Below are positions 18,611 to 27,534 of a stretch of 62,799 nucleotides of DNA, one piece after another. The translations under genes were made by a program, and so were the position numbers. A model generated the notes under the pieces. That model was not told where the DNA came from. It did no database searches and worked only from the letters and a program-made list of their open reading frames with translations. The stretch is from an uncultured Myxococcales bacterium (GTDB lineage: Bacteria > Myxococcota_A > UBA9042), in the NCBI GenBank assembly GCA_903850505.1, contig CAINLT010000295.1, positions 1-62,799 on the forward strand, written 5' to 3'. Numbering within the stretch: the first letter of the stretch is position 1; every line of letters begins with the position of its first letter.

Positions 18611-19867
18611 ATGGCGTTCGAATTCAAGCTGCCGGACATCGGCGAAGGCGTCGTTGAGGGCGAGCTGACCAAGTGGCTTGTCGAGGCCGGCCAAGCCGTC
18701 GTCGAGGACACGCCGCTGTTTGAAGTGCTGACGGACAAGGTCTCCGCCGTGATTCCATCGCCGCGCAAAGGCATTGTCACCAAGCGGCACTTTGCCGAGG
18801 GCGACATGGTGCCGGTCGGCGCGATCGTCGTGACGATTGAAGAGAGCGGCGCTGCGGTTGCTGCGCCCGTTGCTGCGGCGGTCGTGGCCCCGGCGGCTGC
18901 GGCTCCGGTTGCTGCGGCGGTCGTTGCGGTTGCTGCGGCGCCTGTACGCGAACCCGGCGAACGCGTGCGCGCGGCTCCGGCGACCCGCAAGCTGGCGCGC
19001 GATCTCGGCGTGGATCTGCAGGCGGTCGCGGGCTCAGGCGAGCATGGCCGCGTGACCAAATCGGACATCGAGGCGCTGGCCAACCAGATCGCTAGCACGC
19101 CGACGGACACTCCGGCCAAGGCTGCGGCTCCCAAAGCGCCGATGGCAGCGACGGCGCTCGTGCGCGGCCCCGACGAGGAGCGGATCAAGCTCAAAGGCCT
19201 GCGCCGCAAGATCTACGCCAAAATGCGCGAGTCCAAGGACCACGCGGCACACTTCACCTACGTCGATGAAATCGACTTCACCGCCATCATCGCGCTGCAG
19301 GACGCGCTGGCCCAGAACGGCGTGAAGTCGACGTTCCTGCCGTTCGTGGTCAAGGCGGTCGTGCTGTCGCTGCAGAAGCCTGAGTTCGCCTACCTGAACG
19401 CGCAGATCGACGAAGCGGCGGGTGAGATTGTTCTCAAGAAGCGCTACCACATCGGCGTGGCGGCGGCGACGGATGCCGGTCTGGTGGTGCCCGTCGTGCG
19501 CGATGCCGACCAAAAGTCGATTCGCCAACTCATCGAGGAAATCCGCCGCGTTGGCGAAGGCGCGCGCACCAGCACGTTGCCCGGCGAGGAGATGTCCGGC
19601 TCCACGTTCACGATCACCAGCCTGGGCAAGCTCGGCGGCATGTTCGCCACGCCGATCGTCAACTACCCGGAATCGGCGATCCTCGGCCTGCACAAGGTGG
19701 AGAAGCGGCCCGCGGTGGTAGACGGCCAGATCGTCATCCGCGACCGCATGTACATGTCCTGCAGTTTTGACCACCGGCTCATCGACGGCCACGTCGGCGC
19801 GGGCTTTGTGCAGTCGGTCAAGACGTACCTGGAACAGCCCGCGCTGATGCTGGCTGAGTTGGTTTGA
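18611..19867 (+). CDS. Dihydrolipoamide acyltransferase E2
   Basis: Lipoyl domain (TDKV), Ala/Pro linker, E3-binding APATRKLARDLG, catalytic FDHRLIDG. Confidence 0.95.
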   Translation: MAFEFKLPDIGEGVVEGELTKWLVEAGQAVVEDTPLFEVLTDKVSAVIPSPRKGIVTKRHFAEGDMVPVGAIVVTIEESGAAVAAPVAAAVVAPAAAAPVAAAVVAVAAAPVREPGERVRAAPATRKLARDLGVDLQAVAGSGEHGRVTKSDIEALANQIASTPTDTPAKAAAPKAPMAATALVRGPDEERIKLKGLRRKIYAKMRESKDHAAHFTYVDEIDFTAIIALQDALAQNGVKSTFLPFVVKAVVLSLQKPEFAYLNAQIDEAAGEIVLKKRYHIGVAAATDAGLVVPVVRDADQKSIRQLIEEIRRVGEGARTSTLPGEEMSGSTFTITSLGKLGGMFATPIVNYPESAILGLHKVEKRPAVVDGQIVIRDRMYMSCSFDHRLIDGHVGAGFVQSVKTYLEQPALMLAELV

Positions 19868-19949
19868 ACGCTTGCCGAGTTCGTATGAACTTTCTTATGA
19901 ATCATCCCGCCGCTGATGCGTTGAACGACCGAGGACCGGTGCACACGTG

Positions 19950-20531
19950 ATGGAACCACGCGAGCAAGAGACGGTCACGGCAGCGATGGCGGGTGACCGC
20001 GCTGCGTTCAGGCAATTGGTCGAGCAATACACGCGACCAATCTTCAACGTGTGCATGACGCACTTGCGGGATGAGGCAGAAGCAATGGACATCGTTCAGG
20101 ATACCTTCCTGAAGGCATGGACCCGGCGCGAGCTGTTTCAGCCCGACACCAACTTCAAGGCGTGGCTGTTCCGCATCGCCGCCAACGGTTGCATTGACCG
20201 AATCCGCCGCCGCAAAGTGCGCCGCGCGGAGGAACTGGATGAGCGGGTGACGTCCGATCAGCTGGCTGAAGGCGATTTGCCGGCGGTTGGCACGTATGGC
20301 CGGGCTTCGCCGCTGCAAGAACACGCGCGCCATGAACTGGCGGATCGCCTGCACAAGGCCCTGGAGACGCTGCCGGAGAACATGCGGCAGGCTGTGCTGT
20401 TGTGCGACGTGCACGGCTATTCGTACCAGGAAATCGCGGACGAGATGGGCATTCCCAAAGGCACCGTGATGAGTCGGCTGTTCTATGCCCGCAAGAAACT
20501 GCAGGCTGAACTGGCGGACTACCGCGACTGA
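19950..20531 (+). CDS. ECF (RpoE-type) sigma-70 factor
   Basis: GDRAAFRQLVEQY, DIVQDTFLKAW, FKAWLFRIAAN, SYQEIADEMGIPKGTVMSRLFYAR. Confidence 0.93.
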   Translation: MEPREQETVTAAMAGDRAAFRQLVEQYTRPIFNVCMTHLRDEAEAMDIVQDTFLKAWTRRELFQPDTNFKAWLFRIAANGCIDRIRRRKVRRAEELDERVTSDQLAEGDLPAVGTYGRASPLQEHARHELADRLHKALETLPENMRQAVLLCDVHGYSYQEIADEMGIPKGTVMSRLFYARKKLQAELADYRD

Positions 20532-20543
20532 GTGAGGTCCAGA

Positions 20544-21179
20544 ATGAACGAGACAATGACCAAGATGACGCTGCGCGACGAAGATTTTGAGCTGCTGATG
20601 CTGCACGCCGATGGCGAGCTGCCGGCGGAGCTCGTGGCTGAGGCGCAGAACCTGCTGGCGGAGTCGGCGGCGGCGCAGGCGATTTGGCAGGATCTGCAGC
20701 TGGGGCGGGAGCTGGTGCGCGGCATCGCCGTGGACGCGCTGGCGCCCGCGCAGGTGAAGCAGACGCGCGTGGACCTGAGCCTGCTGCCGGGTCAGGTTAT
20801 GCGCAAGCTGCCCAACGACGAAGCGCTGCATCCAGTGGCCGAGACGCCGCGTGAACGTGGCCTGATCGCGTGGCTGCAGAACCTCGGGATTGGCAAGGTC
20901 GGCTTCGCGATGGGCCTCGCGGTGGCCGCCGTGGCGTTCATGGTCGTGAAAGCGGGCCCGGTCGTCGAGCAACCACAAGGCGAGCGGCAGGCGGAGATCG
21001 CGGCCGTTCCGGGCACGAACATTGCCGCGCCGAGCGACGATCCATCCGTGATTATTGAAGAAATGGAGATCGAGTCGGGCACCCTCATGGTGCACCCGCC
21101 GCACGAGCAGGGCGACTCGACCATCATCTGGCACTTTCAGGATAACAACGCAGCCCAGGGCGCGGGAGGCGAAGGATGA
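20544..21179 (+). CDS. Putative membrane anti-sigma factor
   Basis: Follows the ECF sigma; LMLHADGEL anti-sigma-like N-terminus, single TM helix, small periplasmic domain. Confidence 0.7.
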   Translation: MNETMTKMTLRDEDFELLMLHADGELPAELVAEAQNLLAESAAAQAIWQDLQLGRELVRGIAVDALAPAQVKQTRVDLSLLPGQVMRKLPNDEALHPVAETPRERGLIAWLQNLGIGKVGFAMGLAVAAVAFMVVKAGPVVEQPQGERQAEIAAVPGTNIAAPSDDPSVIIEEMEIESGTLMVHPPHEQGDSTIIWHFQDNNAAQGAGGEG

Positions 21180-21676
21180 TCGCGATGACGTGGCAAAAGG
21201 GCGCGATGCGCACGCTGATCCCCGCGCTGGCGCTGCTGGCGTGCGCGCAGGCGTCGGCCCAGGTCCCGCAAGCGCCCAACCCGCCGACGCAGGTGCCGAC
21301 GCAGGTCGTGGAACGCGCCAGCTTTCAGGTCCGTGTGATTGAGGCGAGCAAAGGCGCGCCGCAGGTCGACCCCAAGCTGGGCGATCTGGAGCGCGAACTG
21401 CGCTCGCTGCACCGCGACTACGCCCATTTCACCCTGATCAAGACCGAGACGCAGAACCTGACGACCGGCACGCGCGGCACGCTGCGGCTGCCGAACGGCG
21501 AGCTGGTCATCCAGTTCCTCGGTCTGTCGCCGGACAAAGTGCAGCGGGTGCGCCACCGCGTCGAGATGCCCGGCATGAACGCCACTGTCCGCGCGATTGC
21601 GCCGGGCGGCCGCACGCTGGACGTCCTGCAGGTGGGCGACAAGCTGGTCATCGTCGCGACGACGGTCGGCCGGTAA
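21176..21676 (+). CDS. Hypothetical exported protein
   Basis: Signal peptide; ATGA overlap with the anti-sigma gene. Confidence 0.65.
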   Translation: MIAMTWQKGAMRTLIPALALLACAQASAQVPQAPNPPTQVPTQVVERASFQVRVIEASKGAPQVDPKLGDLERELRSLHRDYAHFTLIKTETQNLTTGTRGTLRLPNGELVIQFLGLSPDKVQRVRHRVEMPGMNATVRAIAPGGRTLDVLQVGDKLVIVATTVGR

Positions 21677-21786
21677 GGGCCTGCGTTTGCAGCGCTGTGG
21701 CCGCCATGGTATCGTTCTGACGGTGTCGCGGTAGCCTGTTGCGCTTGTTCCTTCTGGATTTCACAGCTCAGGATCGTCACTTGTCG

Positions 21787-23001
21787 ATGCACCACCGAAC
21801 CGATCAACAGCAGCACGCGCGCTTTCTGTTGCGATTCGCGCGCTTTCTCGCCGTCACGCTGGCGCTCTGCGTCGCGTCCGCGGCGCTGGCTCAAGCGCCG
21901 GAAGCCCCCAAGGCTGCGGCCGATGAAGCCGCGCTTGCCGCCGGTGAGAAAGTCGCCGAAGAAGGCCGCGATGCCTACCGCGCGGGTCGCTACGCCGACG
22001 CCATTGCCCTGTTTGACAAGGCTTTTGCCCTCAGCTCCAAGCCCGCGTACCTGTACAACATCGCGCGCGCCAAAGAGAAGCTCGCGGAGTACGACAGCGC
22101 GATCAAGTACCTGGAAAAATACCTGGACGCCTACAAGCAGCAGAACGCTGGCGCGGACCCGCAGAATGCGGCGGACGTAAAGAACCTGGTGCGCGATTTC
22201 AAGCAGCGCGCGTTCGAGGCGCTGCCGGAAGTGACGATCAACTCGGTGCCGCCGGGCGCGCAGGTCTACCTGGGCGCGACCGACGGACTGCTGACGGAGG
22301 GCGGGAGCGACAAAGGCTCGCTCATCGGTTCAACGCCCGTTTCCACGCACATGAAGCCGGGCACGTACCAAATGACGGTGCAACTGACCAACCACGTTGA
22401 CCACCGCGCCGAGCTGCAGGTACCGCAGTCGGGCAAGCTCAACCTGTCGATCGCGATGAAGATCAAGCAGACGCGGTCCGGGCTGGCGATCTGGACCAAC
22501 GTCAAAGGTGCGCAGGTCGCGGTGGACGGCAAAGTTGTGGCCGTGACGCCGTACAATGGCGTGCTGCCGATGCCGCCGGGCGTGCACCAGGTGACGCTGA
22601 CGCGCGTGGGCTACCATACCGCGGACGAACAGGTGACGCTGAGCGAGGACAAGCTGACGACGGTGCGGCTGAACCTGAAGCCGTCAGCTGGACCGCCGGC
22701 GTCTTGGCGGTCGTTCACCGGTTGGCCGCTGCTCATTCTGGGCGGGCTGGCGATCGGCGGCGGCTACGTGGCCAAGACCTTTGCGGACAAGGAATACGCC
22801 GGCTCACCGCTCTTCGTGGAACGGCAGAAGCTGCAAAACGACGGCTACTACCTGGGCGGCGCGGCGGTTGGCCTTGGCCTCGGCCTCATCATCTGGGACT
22901 GGGCGCGCTCCGGCGTGAACTCCGACGATCTGGTCTCCGGGCCCTACTTGGATGACGGCGTCGAGAACAAGCCGTTGCCGCCGCCGGAGTCGACGCCATG
23001 A
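21787..23001 (+). CDS. TPR + PEGA domain membrane protein
   Basis: Signal peptide, TPR (YLYNIARAKEKL), PEGA repeats (INSVPPGAQVY, TNVKGAQVAVDG), C-terminal TM hairpin. Confidence 0.82.
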   Translation: MHHRTDQQQHARFLLRFARFLAVTLALCVASAALAQAPEAPKAAADEAALAAGEKVAEEGRDAYRAGRYADAIALFDKAFALSSKPAYLYNIARAKEKLAEYDSAIKYLEKYLDAYKQQNAGADPQNAADVKNLVRDFKQRAFEALPEVTINSVPPGAQVYLGATDGLLTEGGSDKGSLIGSTPVSTHMKPGTYQMTVQLTNHVDHRAELQVPQSGKLNLSIAMKIKQTRSGLAIWTNVKGAQVAVDGKVVAVTPYNGVLPMPPGVHQVTLTRVGYHTADEQVTLSEDKLTTVRLNLKPSAGPPASWRSFTGWPLLILGGLAIGGGYVAKTFADKEYAGSPLFVERQKLQNDGYYLGGAAVGLGLGLIIWDWARSGVNSDDLVSGPYLDDGVENKPLPPPESTP

Positions 23002-24179
23002 CCCTACGAGCGCGCGACATGCCCAAACTGCTGATTCTCCTCGGTTCCGTGGCGTTGGCCGCGTGTGCGACCGGTCGTGCGGCGCCCGATGACACCCCGA
23101 TGGCGGAGCTGAGCGATCCGACGCAGCTGACCTACCTGTTTGGCATGGGCGACAAGGCCTGCACGATTACGTCGACGGGCTCGGGCGCGCAGGATCTTGG
23201 CTCACCGGAAGTCATGGTCAAGGTCAAGCCGTTTGCGCTGGACGTGCATGAAGTGACCGTCGAGCAGTACCGCTACTGCGTGGAAATGGAAGTCTGCTCG
23301 GAGCCCGCCGCCTACAACGGCCCCAACAACATCCAGGACTACTACCTGACGACCAACGGCGACCCGAACGCCAAGTACGCCAACTACCCCATCGTCTACG
23401 TGACGCAGAACCAGGCGCGCGAGTACTGCGGGTTCCGCGGCAAGCGCCTGCCGACCGAATTTGAATGGGAGCTCGCCGCGGGCGGACCCGCGCAGAAGCG
23501 CGAGGACAAGCAGCTCTACACGTTCCTCCCGGACAAGGGCCCGGACGTCAAGATCCCCAGCGGCTGCGACAAGAACGTGGCGATCGGCGCGTGCAAAGGC
23601 AACAACGCCGACGTGCGGGCGGTTGGCACGTCCACGGATGACAAGATCACCATGGGCGGCACGCCGATCTTCGACCTCGCCGGCAACGTGATGGAATGGA
23701 CGACGAGCGACGCCGACGAGGCGAAATCGAGCCCGGCGAGCAAGCCGATCAGCGCGTCGTGCGACTGGGACGAGAAGTGGACGTGCGACGACTGCCTGAC
23801 GTGTTTGGTCAACCACAAGGCGGGCGACCCGCCGTGCTCGACGTGCGCGGTCTGCGACTGCGGTGACAGCCCACCGACACAGCTGCCAGACGCGCCGACC
23901 GGGACCATGGAGCGCACCGGCTGCTACCAGCCCAACAAGACGCCGATTTGCCCGCGCTATCCGACCAAGGACCTGCCGCTCGACAAGTCCTACACCGGCA
24001 AGAACGCGGCGACCAAGCGCATCATCCGCGGCGGCGCGTTCATCACCGCGACGGCGTCCGGCCTCGCCAAGTCGGTCGTCGACAACTGCTTTGGCCGTTC
24101 CGACGCGCGCGTGCTCGCCAAGGGCCCGCAGGACGATCCGCTGGTGTTTGTCGGCTTCCGCTGCGCGCAGGATCGCTAG
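22998..24179 (+). CDS. Formylglycine-generating-enzyme (SUMF1)-domain lipoprotein
   Basis: LAAC lipobox; FALDVHEVTVEQY, KRLPTEFEWE, DLAGNVMEW, IIRGG, VGFRC. Confidence 0.87.
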   Translation: MTLRARDMPKLLILLGSVALAACATGRAAPDDTPMAELSDPTQLTYLFGMGDKACTITSTGSGAQDLGSPEVMVKVKPFALDVHEVTVEQYRYCVEMEVCSEPAAYNGPNNIQDYYLTTNGDPNAKYANYPIVYVTQNQAREYCGFRGKRLPTEFEWELAAGGPAQKREDKQLYTFLPDKGPDVKIPSGCDKNVAIGACKGNNADVRAVGTSTDDKITMGGTPIFDLAGNVMEWTTSDADEAKSSPASKPISASCDWDEKWTCDDCLTCLVNHKAGDPPCSTCAVCDCGDSPPTQLPDAPTGTMERTGCYQPNKTPICPRYPTKDLPLDKSYTGKNAATKRIIRGGAFITATASGLAKSVVDNCFGRSDARVLAKGPQDDPLVFVGFRCAQDR

Positions 24180-24181
24180 CC

Positions 24182-24445
24182 TTGCAAACGGATCTGCTGG
24201 CCTGCCCTGAAACGCAGCAACCGCTGCGATTGGCGCCCGCTCCGCTGATTGCCACGTTGAATGCCGAGATTGCCCGCTTGGCGCTGCGCGACAGCACGGG
24301 GACGCTTGTGCGCGCGCCCATGGACGCGGGGCTGCTGCGCGACGATGGCCAATTGCTGTATCCGGTGCGCGGCGGCGTGGCGGTGCTGTTTGCCGGCGCG
24401 GGGATTGTCGTCAGCCCGTCAGACGCTCCACCTGCGCGTCAATGA
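24182..24445 (+). CDS. Trm112-like small protein
   Basis: DLLACPETQQPL...YPVRGGVAVL; probable TTG start 2 bp after the previous stop. Confidence 0.65.
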   Translation: MQTDLLACPETQQPLRLAPAPLIATLNAEIARLALRDSTGTLVRAPMDAGLLRDDGQLLYPVRGGVAVLFAGAGIVVSPSDAPPARQ

Positions 24446-25595
24446 CCTCAAACGCCTCGGCGTTGCCATGCTGACGGTGCCGACGCATCTTCGCCCGGCA
24501 CGCGTCGCCGCGATCGAGCAGCCGCAGGATTTCCTTGCGACCAAGCTCCTCGGTCATCATCCCGTAGCCCAGATGGTCGAGCCACCGCGCGTTCAGCATC
24601 TGCTCGAACTGCCCCGCCAGCGGCACGGCCAGCATCGGCTTGCCCAGCCACAGCGCCTCGGACATCAGCGTGAAACCCGCGCTGGCAATGACGGCGCGGC
24701 AGCTCGCCAGGTCGTTCAGGAAGCCCTGCTCGCTGATCGGCCGGAATAGCAGGTTGTCGTCGCGCACGTCGCCGTCGATGTCCCGCCGGTAGCCGTAGAT
24801 GTGGAAATCGACGTTCGGGATGCGCTTGAGCACGTGCGGCAAGTCCCGCCAGCCTTCAGCGGACTGGTAGACGACGACGTGTTCGCCTTCGCGCGGAATC
24901 GCCCGCAGCGCCGCGGCGCGCAGGATCGGCGGCACCATGGTCGTGCGCTTCTTGATGACCTCGGTCTTGAAGAACGTCGTCACGATGTAGTGATCCGCGC
25001 CCGGCGACTTGGCCTTGACGACCGCCCGCGCCAACTCAAACGACGCGCGCTGCCCCGCCCGCACGGACTTGGGATGCGCCAGACGGTTGATCGACTGACA
25101 GTTGTCGATGGCCAGGAAGGGCAGCCCGTGCATGCGCGCGCAACACCACGTCCAGGACTCAAAATCGGAGATCACCAGGTCCGGGGCAAAATTGCCCGCG
25201 GACGTCATGGACTCCGCCACCAGCTGCAGCGGCGGCTTGGCCGGCGGCATCGGCAGGAAGCCATTGACCGCGCGTTGCAGCGGCTGCTCGACCGTCAACG
25301 CCGCGGGTTCCAGAAGCAGGTCCTGCCACGCGGTGAAGTTGTGGCGCACGTTGCCCAGCGCGCGCGAGATGTTGTGCACGAACGTGCCGGTGCGATCGAC
25401 CTTGTTGCCGGCGATCGCCAGCTCCATCCCTTCAATCCGCCGCACAAACGGCAAATGCGGCGCCAAAGCTTCCGCCGCGCGCCCCGCCGCCAGCACGCGG
25501 ACGTCGTGTCCCTGCGCCAACAGGTGCTGCGCCACCGCCTGCGTGCGCATTGCGTGCCCCAGCCCTTCGCCCGCCACACCGTAGAGAATCCGCAT
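24411..25595 (-). CDS. GT-B glycosyltransferase (MJ1255/VC2487-like)
   Basis: MRILYGVAGEGLGHAMR, PDLVISDFE, AGFTLMSEAL..GKP, GQFEQMLNA. Confidence 0.87.
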   Translation of the reverse strand: MRILYGVAGEGLGHAMRTQAVAQHLLAQGHDVRVLAAGRAAEALAPHLPFVRRIEGMELAIAGNKVDRTGTFVHNISRALGNVRHNFTAWQDLLLEPAALTVEQPLQRAVNGFLPMPPAKPPLQLVAESMTSAGNFAPDLVISDFESWTWCCARMHGLPFLAIDNCQSINRLAHPKSVRAGQRASFELARAVVKAKSPGADHYIVTTFFKTEVIKKRTTMVPPILRAAALRAIPREGEHVVVYQSAEGWRDLPHVLKRIPNVDFHIYGYRRDIDGDVRDDNLLFRPISEQGFLNDLASCRAVIASAGFTLMSEALWLGKPMLAVPLAGQFEQMLNARWLDHLGYGMMTEELGRKEILRLLDRGDACRAKMRRHRQHGNAEAFEVIDAQVERLTG

Positions 25596-25765
25596 CGGCT
25601 GCTCCCCGGCCAGGATGAGTGGCCTGAGCAAGCGTATTCCGCATTGCTGAACAGCGACGGGCTGTTGGCGATCTCGTTGCGCGACGGTCGCGGCGATGTC
25701 GCAAGGCGTCGCGTTCGCCGCAGACCTGTTGCCACGCCGTCACGGCAGCGGCAAAAAGCCCGTGA

Positions 25766-26146
25766 TCAGCAGTGGCTGGTGTGCGTGCATCCGCCGGGGA
25801 GGACGCACGCGTCGTCCGTGCACGCCTGGCCGTCGTCGCAGCTCACGGGGTCGCCCGCGCATGTGTCGCCGGTGCAAAAGTCGGCCGTGGTGCACGGATT
25901 GCCGTCGTCGCACTTGCCGGAGTGCGGGATGTGGGTGCAGCCGATCTTGATGTAGCAGACGTCGTCCGTGCACGGATTGTGGTCGTCGCAGTCGGCATTG
26001 CAGAAGATGCTGCCGTCACCGGCGGCGGCCTCAACAGCGACGGCGGCATCTGCGACGCCATCGACAACTGCGTCAGGCGCTCCAGCCGCCGGCGGCGGCG
26101 CTGCACCACATGCGGCGAGCACGAGGAGCGCCGGCCACGACTTCAT
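25766..26146 (-). CDS. Small lipoprotein with CDDGNPCT-type Cys-rich repeats
   Basis: LAAC lipobox; three CDDxxxCTxDxC units; ATGA overlap with the phosphatase gene. Confidence 0.75.
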   Translation of the reverse strand: MKSWPALLVLAACGAAPPPAAGAPDAVVDGVADAAVAVEAAAGDGSIFCNADCDDHNPCTDDVCYIKIGCTHIPHSGKCDDGNPCTTADFCTGDTCAGDPVSCDDGQACTDDACVLPGGCTHTSHC

Positions 26147-27513
26147 TTCTGGATCGAGTACTGGTCCAGCGTCGTCGCGCCGTCGCCGGAGTACGCGGTG
26201 AAGTCCAGCTTCTTGTCGTTCACCGTCATCACGACGTAATTGTGCTTGTTGCCGTGCGTCGACGTCGCCGTCCAGATGTCGCTGCCGTTGGTGTAGCCGT
26301 CGGCGAAGAAGCCGCCCGCGACGACGTAGACCGGGCCCTTGGCGGCCTTGTTGTTGTTGACCCACGGCCAGGTGCGCTCGTAGTTGTGGTCGTGGCCGGC
26401 AAAGACCAGGTCGACGTTGTGCTTCTCAAACAGCGGCACCCAGTACTTCTGCACCCACGCCGTGGAGCCGTGGTTGGTGCAAGCGGAATACGCCGGGTAG
26501 TGCATCGCCACGACGATCCAGTCGATGTCCGCATCCGCGCGCGCCGCCGTGAGATCGGCATCCAGCCAAGCCGCCTGATCGGAGGCTGCTGCCGCGCTCG
26601 TCGAGTCGAGACCCACGACGTGAATGTTGGCGTAGTTCATCGACCAAGCGTGCTCGGTGTAGTTGTCCGGCACGCCGGCGTTGACCGGCAGCGCGAACTG
26701 GCCGTAATACATCGGCGGGAACACTTCATGGTTGCCCTGCACCGGCATGAGCGGCGCGCCGTTCAGGATGGGGTGCATGGCCAGGAACCACGCGTCCCAC
26801 TGCTCCTGAAGGCCCATGTCCGTGAAGTCGCCGTTGAACACCCAGAAGGCCGCGCCAATGGCGGCGAGCCGGTCGGCGTTGGCGGTGATCAGCGCATTGC
26901 CACCGCGGCTGTCGCCAGCGAGGACGACCTTGACCGGCTGACGCGTACCCTTCTTGGGCGCCGTGTGGAAGGTCATCACCTCCTGCGTCAAGTCCGGCTG
27001 GATGAACGCGCCGTTCTTGTAGTCGCTCCAGGTGCCCGCGCGCAGCACGTAGTCCGTGTCGGGCGTCAGTCCGGTCAGCTCAACGGTCCACGTCAAGTAC
27101 TGCGGCCCGGTCGTGTCGCCGGCAACCAGCGACTGGTAGTACAATTCGCCCGCGCCCGTCGCCGTTTGCGCCGCGCTGAACGTCATCTTGGCGCCGTCCG
27201 CGCCGGCGTTCGCCTTCGTGTCAAACCACGCCTTGGGCGTGTAGCCCTTCAAATCCGTCGCGGCTGTTGTCCACTGCACGGTCACCGTTGTCGCCGGATC
27301 GTGCTGCCACGTCAGGTGCATCGCGGTCGGCGCATTCACGGGGTTGGTCTGCCACACAACGGGCCCCGTGCTTGTATCGCCACTTGCCGTGTCCGTTTGG
27401 CCATTCACATCCGCCGTGTTGGCATCCGCGGCCTGCGCCGCCGTCGTGCTCTGCAGGCAAGCAGGCAGGCTCGCCGTGGCCAAGATACCAAGATAGATCG
27501 CATACTTCCGCAT
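26143..27513 (-). CDS. Metallophosphoesterase, purple-acid-phosphatase-like lipoprotein
   Basis: FN3-like N-domain; GDSR, NGDF, GNHE, MHYP and GHDHNYER motifs; lipobox LPAC; GGAGG RBS. Confidence 0.88.
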   Translation of the reverse strand: MRKYAIYLGILATASLPACLQSTTAAQAADANTADVNGQTDTASGDTSTGPVVWQTNPVNAPTAMHLTWQHDPATTVTVQWTTAATDLKGYTPKAWFDTKANAGADGAKMTFSAAQTATGAGELYYQSLVAGDTTGPQYLTWTVELTGLTPDTDYVLRAGTWSDYKNGAFIQPDLTQEVMTFHTAPKKGTRQPVKVVLAGDSRGGNALITANADRLAAIGAAFWVFNGDFTDMGLQEQWDAWFLAMHPILNGAPLMPVQGNHEVFPPMYYGQFALPVNAGVPDNYTEHAWSMNYANIHVVGLDSTSAAAASDQAAWLDADLTAARADADIDWIVVAMHYPAYSACTNHGSTAWVQKYWVPLFEKHNVDLVFAGHDHNYERTWPWVNNNKAAKGPVYVVAGGFFADGYTNGSDIWTATSTHGNKHNYVVMTVNDKKLDFTAYSGDGATTLDQYSIQK

Positions 27514-27534
27514 CAAACCCTCCAAGATCCCCAA

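Noticed and set aside
18850-18945. GCTGCGG tandem low-complexity repeat
   Set aside because: Ordinary Ala/Pro/Val linker of the E2 subunit.
19884-19922. ECF autoregulatory promoter (GAACTT or TGAATC...CGTT)
   Set aside because: Spacing does not fit a consensus I can support.
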